64,000 nt of DNA from an uncultured Solirubrobacteraceae bacterium (GTDB lineage Bacteria; Actinomycetota; Thermoleophilia; Solirubrobacterales; Solirubrobacteraceae): positions 98,211-162,210 of the forward strand of contig CAVZYW010000004.1 of the NCBI GenBank assembly GCA_963779665.1, given 5' to 3'. How positions within the stretch are numbered: position 1 is the first letter of the stretch; each line of letters opens with the position of its first letter. Both the position numbers and the translations under genes were made by a program. Below the pieces are notes generated by a model. That model saw only the letters and a list, made by a program, of their open reading frames with translations. It had not been told where the DNA came from and ran no database searches. Of the stretch, positions 21,016 to 31,339 are shown one piece after another.

Positions 21016-21180
21016 TTGAAGCAGCAGCTCGCCGACCATTTGGGCGTGACCCGCCGCTGGATCGAGTCCCAGCAGCAGATCGGCCGCCCGCATCTGCACA
21101 CCGGCGGCATGAACCGCTGCCACATCTCGGAGGTCGAGATCTGGCTGCGCGAGCAGTACGGCTGGCCGCAAGACCAGTAG
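21016..21180 (+). CDS. Excisionase/Xis-like HTH small ORF (possibly a remnant; absent from the ORF track)
   Basis: (L)KQQLADHLGVTRRWIESQQQIGRPHLHTGGMNRCHISEVEIWLREQY; TTG start with no good RBS; next to the tRNA-Pro 3' end. Confidence 0.55.
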   Translation: MKQQLADHLGVTRRWIESQQQIGRPHLHTGGMNRCHISEVEIWLREQYGWPQDQ

Positions 21181-21267
21181 ACCGGCTCCAGCGGCTTGCC
21201 TCGTGCACCCCGCCTCGGTCGAGGCTTTTCGCTCCTATTCAGGGCTATTCGCGGACCTACGGAATAG

Positions 21268-21341
21268 TCGGGGCGGCCGGATTTGAACCGGCGACCCCCT
21301 GCTCCCAAAGCAGGTGCGCTACCAAGCTGCGCCACGCCCCG
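21268..21341 (-). tRNA. tRNA-Pro(TGG)
   Basis: CGGGGCG acceptor stem, anticodon arm CCTGC-ttTGGga-GCAGG, GGTTCAAATCC. Confidence 0.95.
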
Positions 21342-21410
21342 TACACACAGCGTAGAGGTCGCGGCGGCAATCGTTGTCGCGAACGGTGCTGCGCTAGCCT
21401 CGGCGTGGCG

Positions 21411-22667
21411 ATGGCCGACGTTCAACCGCTGCGCGCTCTGCACTACGACCCCGCGGTTGTGGGCCCCCTGACGGGGGTGGTGGCACCGCCATACGACGTG
21501 ATCGACTCCGTCCAGCGCGCAGAGCTGATCGCGCGCTCGCCGTTCAACGTCGTCGCCGTCGACCTGCCGCGGGGCGAGCCCGACCCGTACGCGGCGGCGG
21601 GCGAGCTGTTCGCCGGTTGGCAGCACCGGGGTGCGCTCATCCGGGACGATGAGCCGGCGCTGTGGGCACACACGCAGGACTACACCGGCCCAGACGGGCT
21701 CAGGCGCACACGACGCGGCTTCTTCTGCCGTGTGCGCATCGAGGACTACGGCCCTGGGCAGGTGCGCCCGCACGAGCGCACCCACCCTGGCCCCAAGGAG
21801 GATCGGCTGCGTCTGACCAGAGCAACGCGCGCCAACCTCTCCCCCATCTTCTCGCTGTACTCCGACCCCACCGGGGCCGCCTGGCAGGCACTGTCACCGG
21901 CGACCGAGCAGCCTGTGTGGGCTGACATCACCGACGCCGATGGCACGGTGCACCGCCTGTGGCGGATCTCCGACGCGGGCGCGATCGCAGCTGTCCAGGT
22001 GGCCACGCGCGACGCTGAGCTGCTGATCGCGGACGGCCACCACCGCTACGAGACGATGCAGGCCTACGCCGGCGAGGTCGGCGGGAACGGCGACGCCGGG
22101 TACGTCCTGATGTGCCTGGTCGCGCTGGAGGACCCTGGCCTGACCGTGTTTCCCACACACCGCTTGATCGGCGGGCTGAACGACGAGCGCAGGCGCGCTC
22201 TGCGGCAGGCGCTCCAGCGCGACTTCGATGTGCTCGATGTCCCGGTGGGGGAGATCGCGCCGCCGGACGGCAACGGGCCACTGCAGCTCGGCTATATCGA
22301 CGGACACGATGGGCGGCCGTTGCGCCTGACGCTCAAGGACCAGGCAATCGCGGACGCGGCGCTCGCGGATCATTCGCCTGCGTACCGCCGTCTGGACACG
22401 GGTGTGCTGGAGACATTGCTGCTGAAGAACGCGCTCGGCTACAGCGACGATGACATCGCGCACTTCAATGGCCTGTTCTACGCGCGCGACACGGCGGAGG
22501 CCCTTGCAATGGTGCGCTCGGGCGAGTACGACGCGGCCTTCGTGATGCGTCCCACCCCTGTCAGCCAGGTTCGCGACGTGGCCGCAGCCGGCGAGAACAT
22601 GCCGCCGAAGTCGACGTATTTCTTTCCCAAGCTGCTGACCGGCCTGCTGTTCAATCCGCTTGCCTAG
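21411..22667 (+). CDS. DUF1015 family protein
   Basis: APPYDVI, PHERT, IADGHHRYET, PTHRL, MPPKSTYFFPK. Confidence 0.9.
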   Translation: MADVQPLRALHYDPAVVGPLTGVVAPPYDVIDSVQRAELIARSPFNVVAVDLPRGEPDPYAAAGELFAGWQHRGALIRDDEPALWAHTQDYTGPDGLRRTRRGFFCRVRIEDYGPGQVRPHERTHPGPKEDRLRLTRATRANLSPIFSLYSDPTGAAWQALSPATEQPVWADITDADGTVHRLWRISDAGAIAAVQVATRDAELLIADGHHRYETMQAYAGEVGGNGDAGYVLMCLVALEDPGLTVFPTHRLIGGLNDERRRALRQALQRDFDVLDVPVGEIAPPDGNGPLQLGYIDGHDGRPLRLTLKDQAIADAALADHSPAYRRLDTGVLETLLLKNALGYSDDDIAHFNGLFYARDTAEALAMVRSGEYDAAFVMRPTPVSQVRDVAAAGENMPPKSTYFFPKLLTGLLFNPLA

Positions 22668-22758
22668 ACCCGCACGCGCAGCAGTATGATGCTTATCAAG
22701 GATTAAGACGCAGCGATTTGAGGGGATCGAAATGTCTCATACGCAAGGGCTCACACGG

Positions 22759-23166
22759 ATGAAGGCCTCCGCCAAGAGAGATGGCGGAACGTTCAAGCAC
22801 ACGGTGCAGGTGCGCGACCACCAGATGACGGTGGATGAGCCGTTGGATGTCGGTGGAGACGACGCCGGACCAGACCCCCAGGAGCTGCTTGCGGTGAGCC
22901 TGGCCACGTGTACGGCCATCACGATGGAGATGTACGCGGCCCGCAAGGGCTGGGACATCGGCCACGTCGAGGTCGACGTCGAGTACAGCCCCGCCGAGCG
23001 CGGCTGTCCGACCAAGTTTCAGCTGGTGATGCGCCTGCCCGACAACCTTCCCGAGGAGCAGGTGGAGCGCCTGAGCGTGATTGCCGCCAAGTGCCCCGTC
23101 CACCGCGCGCTCGACGGCGAGGTCATGTTCCAGGAGCGCATTGAGCGCGTCCACCTGGCCGCCTGA
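22759..23166 (+). CDS. OsmC family protein
   Basis: GPDPQELL..CTAIT..KCPVHRAL. Confidence 0.9.
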   Translation: MKASAKRDGGTFKHTVQVRDHQMTVDEPLDVGGDDAGPDPQELLAVSLATCTAITMEMYAARKGWDIGHVEVDVEYSPAERGCPTKFQLVMRLPDNLPEEQVERLSVIAAKCPVHRALDGEVMFQERIERVHLAA

Positions 23167-23731
23167 CTCCGCCGAGACCGCCGTACCCGATCGGCTCGGG
23201 GCCGACGGGCAGGTCGAGGCGGCTGTGCTGGTGGCGCTGTTTCTTGCAGGTCAAGCATGCGAGCCCCACGTGGTGCTCACCAAACGGCGTGAGGATCTGC
23301 GCCGCCACGCTGGAGAGATCTCGTTTCCGGGCGGACGCAGGGATGCCGAGGACAGGGATCTGACGGCCACAGCGCTGCGCGAGGCCGAGGAGGAGATCGG
23401 GCTGTCGCCCTCGCAGGTGAAGCTGCTGGGAACGCTGCCGCGGACCTCGACGTTCGTCACCAACTACGTGATCCACCCGTTCGTTGCCGTGATCCCCGCG
23501 GGCCAGGCGTGGAAGTTGTCGGCGAGAGAGGTCGACGCGGTGCTCGAGCTACCGCTGGACGCCGTGCGCAATGGCCGGACCCGGACCCAGATAGAGCGCC
23601 GCGGGATCAGCTTCGAGGTCGATGCCTACGTCGTCGAGGAGCACCTGATCTGGGGCGCCACGGCACGCATCCTCGAGCACCTCTTCGAGCGGCTGCGCAC
23701 GGGCCCCGCCGGCCAGCTGTCGCTGGCCTGA
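23081..23731 (+). CDS. CoA pyrophosphatase (Nudix, NudL-like); start uncertain
   Basis: AAVLV, HAGEISFPGG, TALREAEEEIG, IWGATA. Confidence 0.85.
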   Translation: MPPSAPSTARSTARSCSRSALSASTWPPDSAETAVPDRLGADGQVEAAVLVALFLAGQACEPHVVLTKRREDLRRHAGEISFPGGRRDAEDRDLTATALREAEEEIGLSPSQVKLLGTLPRTSTFVTNYVIHPFVAVIPAGQAWKLSAREVDAVLELPLDAVRNGRTRTQIERRGISFEVDAYVVEEHLIWGATARILEHLFERLRTGPAGQLSLA

Positions 23732-23758
23732 CGGGGCGCCCACGCCGAGCGAGCTCGG

Positions 23759-24418
23759 TCAGCTCGGCTGTGGGACGAGCCGGATGTAAGGGCGGGGCTC
23801 CTCCCATCCGTCCGGGTAGATCTCTTTGGCCTGGTCGTTGGAGACCGAGCCGGCGATGATCACCTTCTCGCCCTGCCGCCAGTTGACGGGCGTGGCGACC
23901 TTGTGCTTGGCGGTGAGCTGCAGCGAGTCGATCACACGCAGCACCTCGTCGAAGTTGCGCCCGGTCGTCATCGGGTAGACGAGGATCAGCTTGACCTTCT
24001 TGTCTGGGCCGATCACGAACACGTTGCGAACGGTCTGGTTGTCGGCCGGGGTTCGCGTCAGCGGGTCACCGGACGTGCTCGCCGGCAGCATCCCGTATAG
24101 CTTCGACACGTTGAAGTCATCGTCACTGATGATCGGATAGTTGGGAGCGGTGCCCTGCGTCTCCTCGATGTCCTTGGCCCATGCCTCGTGGTTGTCCAAG
24201 GCGTCCACCGACAGGCCGATGATCTTGGTGTTGCGGGCATCGAAGTCCGGCTTGGCATTCGCCATATAGCCGAGCTCGGTTGTGCATACGGGAGTGAAGT
24301 CCTTGGGGTGCGAGAACAACACCGCCCACGAGTCGCCGATCCAGTCATGGAATTTGATGCGGCCCTCGGTCGTGTCGGCCTCGAAGTCGGGGGCTTCGTC
24401 GCCTAGTTGCAGCGCCAT
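23759..24418 (-). CDS. 1-Cys peroxiredoxin (Prx6)
   Basis: FSHPKDFTPVCTTE, YPMTTGRNFDEVLR. Confidence 0.95.
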   Translation of the reverse strand: MALQLGDEAPDFEADTTEGRIKFHDWIGDSWAVLFSHPKDFTPVCTTELGYMANAKPDFDARNTKIIGLSVDALDNHEAWAKDIEETQGTAPNYPIISDDDFNVSKLYGMLPASTSGDPLTRTPADNQTVRNVFVIGPDKKVKLILVYPMTTGRNFDEVLRVIDSLQLTAKHKVATPVNWRQGEKVIIAGSVSNDQAKEIYPDGWEEPRPYIRLVPQPS

Positions 24419-24608
24419 TGGTGTTGTTCCTTTCTCAAGAGACAGCTCTCGCGAGAGTCGGACAGGAGACACGCTACGAATCCTGATCGACTTTACGGGG
24501 ATTACCACCCAGGATAGCGTGCCGGGACAGCCTTCAAAGAGGTCTACTGTCAGGGGCACCGCGCGGGCTTCGCGTCCCCGGCGCCCACCTGAGCGCAAAC
24601 ATCGCCTC

Positions 24609-25127
24609 TCAGCCGGGGATGCCCGGCCAGGCACCGTGCACGCGAAGCTCAGACGCGGCAGACTCCACGCGGCGAGGCCAAGTGCCACCGATCACCATCG
24701 CCAGGGAAGCAAGCAACGCCAGCCACGGGCCCACGAGCAGCGACAAAGCCACGGCGTTGCCGGGGAGCCCAGGCGGATCGACGATGCGGTAGAGGGCGCA
24801 AGCCGCGGCTACGCCACCCAGCAGCGCGACGGAGCCACCGGCGCCACCCGGCACCGGTGCGCCGGCCCGTAGCAGCGGCAGCAACGCGTCGAGAATCGCC
24901 AGCCCGGCCAGTACCAGCAGGAAGATCTTCATATCCGGCAGCGCCTGCTCGGCGCGGAGCACCGTCAGCGAACGCGCCGCCGGAGAGGCGACGCTCGGGT
25001 GCACGATCGAACTGACCCGGTACCACGGTAGGAATGCCGCGACAGCCAACGTCGTCGCGCCGAGAGCGGACATGGACAGGCCATATCGGGAGCGATCGCC
25101 GGCCATTGTGCTCGCAACATCGGTCAC
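24609..25127 (-). CDS. Hypothetical 4-TM membrane protein
   Basis: AFLPWY plus hydrophobic helices. Confidence 0.6.
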   Translation of the reverse strand: MTDVASTMAGDRSRYGLSMSALGATTLAVAAFLPWYRVSSIVHPSVASPAARSLTVLRAEQALPDMKIFLLVLAGLAILDALLPLLRAGAPVPGGAGGSVALLGGVAAACALYRIVDPPGLPGNAVALSLLVGPWLALLASLAMVIGGTWPRRVESAASELRVHGAWPGIPG

Positions 25128-25158
25128 GATCTCCGGGGACTTGACCCCCGGTGGACGA

Positions 25159-25671
25159 TCATGCGCCTACGAGCAGCGACGCGACGGCCACGCGAGCATC
25201 GACCAGCCAACGTTCGCCGTCGTCCAGATCGGCCGCCAGGAACGCCGCCGGGATCGCGTTGCGCTCCGCCAGCCGGCGCGCGATGGCTTCGCCGTCGCGG
25301 AGCAGCTGCGCCGAGCCGGTCGACCCCTGAGCATCCGACCCGTGGGCCTCGTAGAGCAGGCCGCGAACGGTCGTGTCGATGGCCTGGGTGAGGAAGAACT
25401 CCAGGCGCGAGGTATGTAGGGCGCGCAGTTCCTGCTCGGAGCCGGCGGCCGACCCGAGCAGCCAGCAGAGGATCGTCACGTTCTCAAGCGCCCCGCGCAG
25501 CGTCGCCAGGCGATCCGGGGTACCGATCCAGCATTCCGCGCCGCTGGCCTCAATCGCCTCGCGTGCATCCTCGGTGCGAGTGGTGATGCGCACGGCGTAG
25601 CCGTCCTGCACCATCGAGGCGGCCAGCTGCCTGCCCCTACAGCCCCCCGCCACGATCAGGATCCTTGCCAC
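25159..25671 (-). CDS. Rossmann-fold NAD(P)-binding hypothetical protein
   Basis: ILIVAGGCRGRQLA..GYAVRITTR. Confidence 0.7.
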   Translation of the reverse strand: MARILIVAGGCRGRQLAASMVQDGYAVRITTRTEDAREAIEASGAECWIGTPDRLATLRGALENVTILCWLLGSAAGSEQELRALHTSRLEFFLTQAIDTTVRGLLYEAHGSDAQGSTGSAQLLRDGEAIARRLAERNAIPAAFLAADLDDGERWLVDARVAVASLLVGA

Positions 25672-25758
25672 CGGGCGCCATGTTACGCGCCACGACACGA
25701 CGGCTGGCGGTGATTGACCACGCGGCCACCAGCGCTCGACTACCATGCGCTCGCCCCC

Positions 25759-27168
25759 ATGACCGAGCCCAACACCGCATACCTGCCAGCGCCTGACGTG
25801 GTCACGATGGAGAAGATCGTCGCGCTGTGCAAGCGACGCGGCTTCGTTTTCCCCTCCTCGGAGATCTACGGCGGCGTCGGCTCGACATATGACTTCGGCC
25901 ACTACGGCGTGCTGTTGAAGAGCAACGTCAAGAGCGAGTGGTGGCGGGCGATGCTGCAGGAGCGCGACGACATCGTCGCGATCGACTCGGCCATTCTGCA
26001 GCACCCGAAGGTGTGGGAGGCCTCAGGTCACCTGGCGGGGTTCACAGACCCGCTGGTCGACTGCAAGACCTGTGGCCAGCGCTTCCGTGCCGACCATCTC
26101 GCAGACCTGCCTTGCGGTCGTAAACCGTCAAAGCACCCAGGTGAAACCGACGAGTGCGACCTGACCGACGCCCGTGACTTCAACCTGATGTTCGAAACGA
26201 CCATCGGCCCCGTCAAGGAGTCCGGCGCGACCGCCTATCTGCGCCCGGAGACCGCGCAGGGCATCTTCATCAACTTCAAGAACGTGCTGCAGTTCTCGCG
26301 CAAGAAACCGCCATTCGGGATCGCCCAGGTGGGCAAGTCCTTCCGCAACGAGATCACCCCCGGCAACTTCATCTTCCGCACGCGCGAGTTCGAGCAGATG
26401 GAGATGGAGTTCTTCGTGCCGCCGGACGAGGCGCAGCAGTGGTTCGAGCATTGGCTGACCGAGCGCGAGCACTGGTACACCGAGCTTGGCATCCGCCCGG
26501 ATCACCTGCGCCTGCGTGCACACGACGCCGACGAGCTCTCGCACTACTCCTCCGGCACCAGCGACGTCGAATACCTGTTCCCCATCGGCTGGTCGGAGCT
26601 GGAGGGGATCGCCAACCGCGGCGACTTCGACCTGACCCAGCACGCGAGCTTCTCGGGCGAGAAGCTCGAGTACTTCGATCAGGCCAGCGGTCAGCGCTAC
26701 GTACCGCACGTGATCGAGCCGGCGGCGGGCGCGGACCGGGCGACGCTCGCGTTCCTGGTGGACGCCTACGACGAGGAACTGGTCGAGCGCGAGGGCGCGG
26801 GCGCGGGCGAGATGCGCACCGTCTTGCGGCTGCACCCGCGCTTGGCGCCCGTCAAGGCGGCGGTGCTGCCGCTCGTCGGCAAGGACGGCCAGCCCGAGCT
26901 CGCACACGAGGTACACCACGCCCTGCGCGGCCGCGTGCAGGCCGAGTACGACGAAGGCGGCGCGATCGGCAAGCGCTACCGTCGCCAGGACGAGATCGGC
27001 ACGCCGCTGTGCCTCACGATCGACCACCAGAGCATCGAAGACCGCACGCTGACGCTGCGCGATCGTGACTCGCTCGCGCAGGAGCGGCTGCCGATCGACG
27101 GCATCGCCGAGGAGATCGAACGGCGCGTCCACGCGCCGTGGACCTCACCGAAGCTAAGTGGTGTATAG
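25759..27168 (+). CDS. glyQS: Glycine--tRNA ligase, alpha2 type
   Basis: YLRPETAQG, FRNEITPGNFIFRTREFEQME, IGKRYRRQDEIGTP. Confidence 0.97.
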   Translation: MTEPNTAYLPAPDVVTMEKIVALCKRRGFVFPSSEIYGGVGSTYDFGHYGVLLKSNVKSEWWRAMLQERDDIVAIDSAILQHPKVWEASGHLAGFTDPLVDCKTCGQRFRADHLADLPCGRKPSKHPGETDECDLTDARDFNLMFETTIGPVKESGATAYLRPETAQGIFINFKNVLQFSRKKPPFGIAQVGKSFRNEITPGNFIFRTREFEQMEMEFFVPPDEAQQWFEHWLTEREHWYTELGIRPDHLRLRAHDADELSHYSSGTSDVEYLFPIGWSELEGIANRGDFDLTQHASFSGEKLEYFDQASGQRYVPHVIEPAAGADRATLAFLVDAYDEELVEREGAGAGEMRTVLRLHPRLAPVKAAVLPLVGKDGQPELAHEVHHALRGRVQAEYDEGGAIGKRYRRQDEIGTPLCLTIDHQSIEDRTLTLRDRDSLAQERLPIDGIAEEIERRVHAPWTSPKLSGV

Positions 27169-27252
27169 CCATGGCTATACACCAAACGAGCAGAGACACC
27201 GAGACCTTCGCTCACCCCACGTTCACATTACGCACGACCCGATAGGAGAGGG

Positions 27253-28413
27253 ATGGACTTCGACCTGACCGACGAGCAGCGCCTGATCAAGGACACAGCA
27301 CGCGAGTTCACCGACAAGGAGATCGTCGTGCAGTCGCGCGAAAACGCGCGCAACCACCATTTTGACCTGGAGATCGTCAAAAAGCTCGCCAATCAGGGCT
27401 ATCTGGGCGCGATCGTGCCTCCGGAGTACGGCGGTGCGGGACTGGACTACCTCAGCTATGGCCTCGTCGTCGAGGAGATCGGTCGCGGCTGCTCGTCGGT
27501 ACGCACGGTCGTCTCGGTGCAGACCTCGCTCGTCTGCTCGGGGATCCTCAGATGGGGCACCGAGGAGCAGAAGCACAAGTACCTGCCGAAGCTGTGCTCG
27601 GGTGAGTGGCTTGGGTGCTTCGGACTGACCGAGCCGGACACCGGCTCGGACGCGGCCAACCAGAAGACCCGCGCCAAGAAGACGGACTCGGGCTGGGTGA
27701 TCAACGGCGCGAAGATGTGGATCTCGATGGCCAACTACGCGAAGGTGGCGATGATCTTCGCGCAGACCGACCCGGAGCTCGGCTACAAGGGTCTTGGCTG
27801 CTTCCTCGTGGACACCGACCAGCCCGGGTTCAAACCGCAGCCGATCGAGCACAAGATGGGCCTGCACGCCTCGGACACCGGCTCGATCTCGCTGGAAGAC
27901 GTCGAGGTCGCAGACGACGCGCTGCTCGGGACGATCGGGGACGGCTTCAAAGTGGCGATGTCATCGCTTGACTCCGGTCGCTACTCGGTGGCAGCCGGCT
28001 GTGTCGGGATCTGTCAGGGCTGCGTGGAGGAGTCGGTGAAATACGCGAAGGAGCGCGAGCAGTTCGGGAAACCGATCGCCAGCTTCCAGCTGGTGCAGGC
28101 GATGATCGCGGACATGGTGCTCAAGACCGACGCCTCGCGGATGCTTGTTTGGCGCGCCGGCTTCCTCAAGGACAAGGGCCGGCCGAACACCACGGAGACC
28201 TCGATCGCCAAGCTGCACGCGACGGAGGCTGCCGTGGAGTGCGCGAACACGGCGATTCAGGTCCACGGCGGCGCCGGCTACGTGGACGATCACCCGGTGG
28301 AGCGCTACTTCCGCGACGTGCGCGTGACGACGCTGTACGAGGGCACCTCCCAGATCCAGAAGCTGATCATCGGACGGGCGATGACGGGCATCAACGCGCT
28401 CGTGCCCGCCTGA
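27253..28413 (+). CDS. Acyl-CoA dehydrogenase
   Basis: FGLTEPDTGSDA, INGAKMWI, LYEGTSQIQ. Confidence 0.95.
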   Translation: MDFDLTDEQRLIKDTAREFTDKEIVVQSRENARNHHFDLEIVKKLANQGYLGAIVPPEYGGAGLDYLSYGLVVEEIGRGCSSVRTVVSVQTSLVCSGILRWGTEEQKHKYLPKLCSGEWLGCFGLTEPDTGSDAANQKTRAKKTDSGWVINGAKMWISMANYAKVAMIFAQTDPELGYKGLGCFLVDTDQPGFKPQPIEHKMGLHASDTGSISLEDVEVADDALLGTIGDGFKVAMSSLDSGRYSVAAGCVGICQGCVEESVKYAKEREQFGKPIASFQLVQAMIADMVLKTDASRMLVWRAGFLKDKGRPNTTETSIAKLHATEAAVECANTAIQVHGGAGYVDDHPVERYFRDVRVTTLYEGTSQIQKLIIGRAMTGINALVPA

Positions 28414-28438
28414 GGCGAGCCCTACCGGGAGCGATCGA

Positions 28439-30148
28439 ATGTCCGAGCACACGCAGGTGGATGAGGATGAGAAGGCCGGCTCGGCGGGCGCAGCGGGCCG
28501 ACCGGCTGCTGTCATCGGCGTGCTGGGCGCAGGGACGATGGGCTCCGGCATCGCTCAGCTTGCGGCTCGCTCGGGCGCCAGAACGCTGCTGCACGACCCG
28601 GTCGATGCCGCGCTCGAGCGCGGCATCGACGGCGCGTGCGAGGGCCTGCGCAAAGAAGCAGCCAAGGGACGGCTGAGCGAGCAGGAGGCTGAGGCGGCGG
28701 GCGAGCGCCTGGAGGCGGTGCACGACATGAGCGCGCTGGCGCCGTGCGAGCTGGTGATCGAGGCGGCGCCGGAGCGTCCGGAGCTCAAGCGCAAGCTCTA
28801 CCAGCAGTTGTCGGAGATCGTCAGCGAGCAGTGCGTGCTGGCCACGAACACCTCTTCGCTGCTTGTCACTGCGATCGCCACGGCGGCGAGCAACCCACAG
28901 CGCGTGGTGGGAATGCACTTCTTCAACCCGGCACCACTGATGCGCCTGCTGGAGGTGGTCGCAGGCGTGGAGTCCTCGCAAGCGGCACTCGCGCTGGCGC
29001 AGGCAACGGGCGAGGCGATGGGCAAGACGGTAATCCGCGCAAGCGACGGTCCCGGGTTCATCGTCAACCGCTGCAACCGGCCGTTTGGCCTGGAGGCCCT
29101 GCGTCTGCTGTCAGAGCAGATCGCGGACGTCGAGACGATCGACCGCATCTGCCGGATGCAGGGCGGGTTTCGCATGGGCCCGTTTGAGTTGATGGACCTG
29201 GTTGGGGTTGACACGGGCTTTGAGATCTCCCAGAGCTTCTACGCACAGAGCTTTGGCGAGCCGCGCTGGCAACCGTCGATGATCGCCGCACGCTATGTGG
29301 CGGCCGGCCTGCACGGCCGCAAGAGCGGGCGCGGCTACTACGACTACGCGAGTGGGACACGTGAGTATCGGGCGGCAGATCCGCCGCCCCCGGAGTCCGG
29401 ATCGCCGGGTCATGACGGCGAGGGGGTGGTGGTAATCGCAGGATCGGGCGTACTCGCAGAAGAGCTGCGCGCGGCAGCCACAGGCGCCGGCTATGAGGTG
29501 CGCTCCCCGCACACGCCGACAGGTGGCGTGCTGCCGTCACTGGCGATCGACTGTGACGCCGGCCCCGTTGCGGGCGAGCCCGGCGCAGGGCGGGGCGGCG
29601 GTCAGCCCGACCGGCGGGGATCGCCACAGCCGCAGGGCGGCGCGCGGCTGTTGCTGTGCGCGAGGGGATCGCTGGGCGCACTGGAGCCCGGTGGCAGCGC
29701 CGTGGGCTTTCACGTGCTGGCGCCGCTCGCAAATACGAACCTGGTCGAGCTGACTCGCAGCGAGAGCTCCTCGCCGGTGGCGGCGGCTCGGGCGGAGCGC
29801 TTCTTCGGAGCCCTCGGCAAGCACGTGGAGTGGGTCGGCGATGCACCGGGGCTGGTTCTCGGCAGGATTGTCTGCCAGGTCATAAACGAGTCTGCGTTTG
29901 CACTCGGCGAGGGTGTGGGCGACGCGCACGACATCGACACGGGGATGGTGCTCGGGCTGAGCCATCCGCGCGGTCCGCTGGAGTGGGCCGACGCGATCGG
30001 CCTGGACCACGTGCTGAGGATCCTGGAGGCGCTGTGCCAGGAGTATCGCGAGGAGCGCTACCGCCCCGCACCGGCGCTGCGACGCCTGGTGCACGCAGGG
30101 CGCCTGGGACAGGCTGCAGGGGCGGGCTTCTTCGACTACACGGACTGA
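28439..30148 (+). CDS. 3-hydroxyacyl-CoA dehydrogenase (PaaH-like, duplicated C-terminal domain)
   Basis: GAGTMGSG, ATNTSS, GMHFFNPAP, GFIVNR. Confidence 0.92.
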   Translation: MSEHTQVDEDEKAGSAGAAGRPAAVIGVLGAGTMGSGIAQLAARSGARTLLHDPVDAALERGIDGACEGLRKEAAKGRLSEQEAEAAGERLEAVHDMSALAPCELVIEAAPERPELKRKLYQQLSEIVSEQCVLATNTSSLLVTAIATAASNPQRVVGMHFFNPAPLMRLLEVVAGVESSQAALALAQATGEAMGKTVIRASDGPGFIVNRCNRPFGLEALRLLSEQIADVETIDRICRMQGGFRMGPFELMDLVGVDTGFEISQSFYAQSFGEPRWQPSMIAARYVAAGLHGRKSGRGYYDYASGTREYRAADPPPPESGSPGHDGEGVVVIAGSGVLAEELRAAATGAGYEVRSPHTPTGGVLPSLAIDCDAGPVAGEPGAGRGGGQPDRRGSPQPQGGARLLLCARGSLGALEPGGSAVGFHVLAPLANTNLVELTRSESSSPVAAARAERFFGALGKHVEWVGDAPGLVLGRIVCQVINESAFALGEGVGDAHDIDTGMVLGLSHPRGPLEWADAIGLDHVLRILEALCQEYREERYRPAPALRRLVHAGRLGQAAGAGFFDYTD

Positions 30149-30201
30149 GCTCTGCCACGCCGCTCTGCCGAGCGCCGCGTGCTGGCAAGCGCGACGGCCG
30201 G

Positions 30202-31245
30202 CTACTTCTCGGCTGCCGCGACGCTCGTCTCCGGGATACCGGCCGTAGGCGCCCATTGCGCCTCCGCCAGATCGCCCTCGGGGATGCCCGCCGGCGTCGG
30301 CACCTCGGGGGTGTCGCGCAGGTACCACTCGGCGTCCAGGGCCGCCTGACAGCCGGAGCCGGCGGCGGTGATCGCCTGGCGGTAGGTGTGATCGACGAGA
30401 TCGCCGGCGGCGAAGACTCCGGGGAGCTTCGTGCGAGTGGACCTGCCCTCGGTGACGACATAGCCGTTCTCGTCGACGTCCACCTGTCCGCGCACGAGCT
30501 CGGACTGCGGCTCGTGGCCGACGGCGATGAACACGCCCGACACCGGGATCTCGCGCTCCTCGCCGGTCTCGGTGTTGATCAGCGATGCGTGGCCGAGCGC
30601 GCCGTGCTCGCCGGCGACGAACTCCTTGACGGTGTAGGGCGTGACGAACTCGATGTTCGATTGCGCGCGGGCACGCTCGAGCATGATCTTCGACGCGCGG
30701 AACTCGTCACGACGGTGGACCACCGTGACCTTGGCGGCGAACTTCGACAGGAAGATCGCCTCCTCCATCGCCGAGTCGCCGCCGCCGACGATGATCGTCT
30801 GGGCGTCGCGGAAGAACGCCGCGTCGCAGGTGGCGCAGTAGCTGACACCGCGCCCTGAGAGCTCCTCCTCGCCGAGCACACCCAGCTTCTTGTGCTCAGC
30901 GCCCATCGACAGCACCACGGTGCGCGCGCGGTACTCGGTGTCTCCGACCCACACGCTGTGCACGCCGCCTGGCTCGCTGGAGAGCTCCACGCGATCGGCC
31001 TGATCGGTCAGCAGGCGCGCCCCGAAACGCTCGGCCTGGTCACGAAACTTCTGCATCATCTCCGGGCCCATCACGCCGTCGGGGAAGCCCGGGTAGTTCT
31101 CCACGTCGGTGGTCTGCTGGAGCAGGCCACCCCAGGCGAAGCCCTCGATTACCAGCGGGCGCAGGTTGGCGCGCGCCGTGTACAGCGCCGCCGTGTAACC
31201 GGCTGGTCCGCTGCCGACGATGATCACGTTCTCGACGTCGCTCAT
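30202..31245 (-). CDS. trxB: Thioredoxin-disulfide reductase
   Basis: [28 protein letters not shown]. Confidence 0.97.
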   Translation of the reverse strand: MSDVENVIIVGSGPAGYTAALYTARANLRPLVIEGFAWGGLLQQTTDVENYPGFPDGVMGPEMMQKFRDQAERFGARLLTDQADRVELSSEPGGVHSVWVGDTEYRARTVVLSMGAEHKKLGVLGEEELSGRGVSYCATCDAAFFRDAQTIIVGGGDSAMEEAIFLSKFAAKVTVVHRRDEFRASKIMLERARAQSNIEFVTPYTVKEFVAGEHGALGHASLINTETGEEREIPVSGVFIAVGHEPQSELVRGQVDVDENGYVVTEGRSTRTKLPGVFAAGDLVDHTYRQAITAAGSGCQAALDAEWYLRDTPEVPTPAGIPEGDLAEAQWAPTAGIPETSVAAAEK

Positions 31246-31339
31246 CTCTTCTCCTGGCCGCTTCCGACCTGGTCTGGACCCCTGAGAGAGGTCACTTTAC
31301 TTTGTAAAGTATAGCAATACCGCTGGCGCTGTGCGCCAC

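Noticed and set aside
20802-21410. Long N-terminal extension of the DUF1015 ORF shown in the track
   Set aside because: It overlaps tRNA-Pro and the ATPase gene; family similarity starts at MADVQPLRAL (21411).
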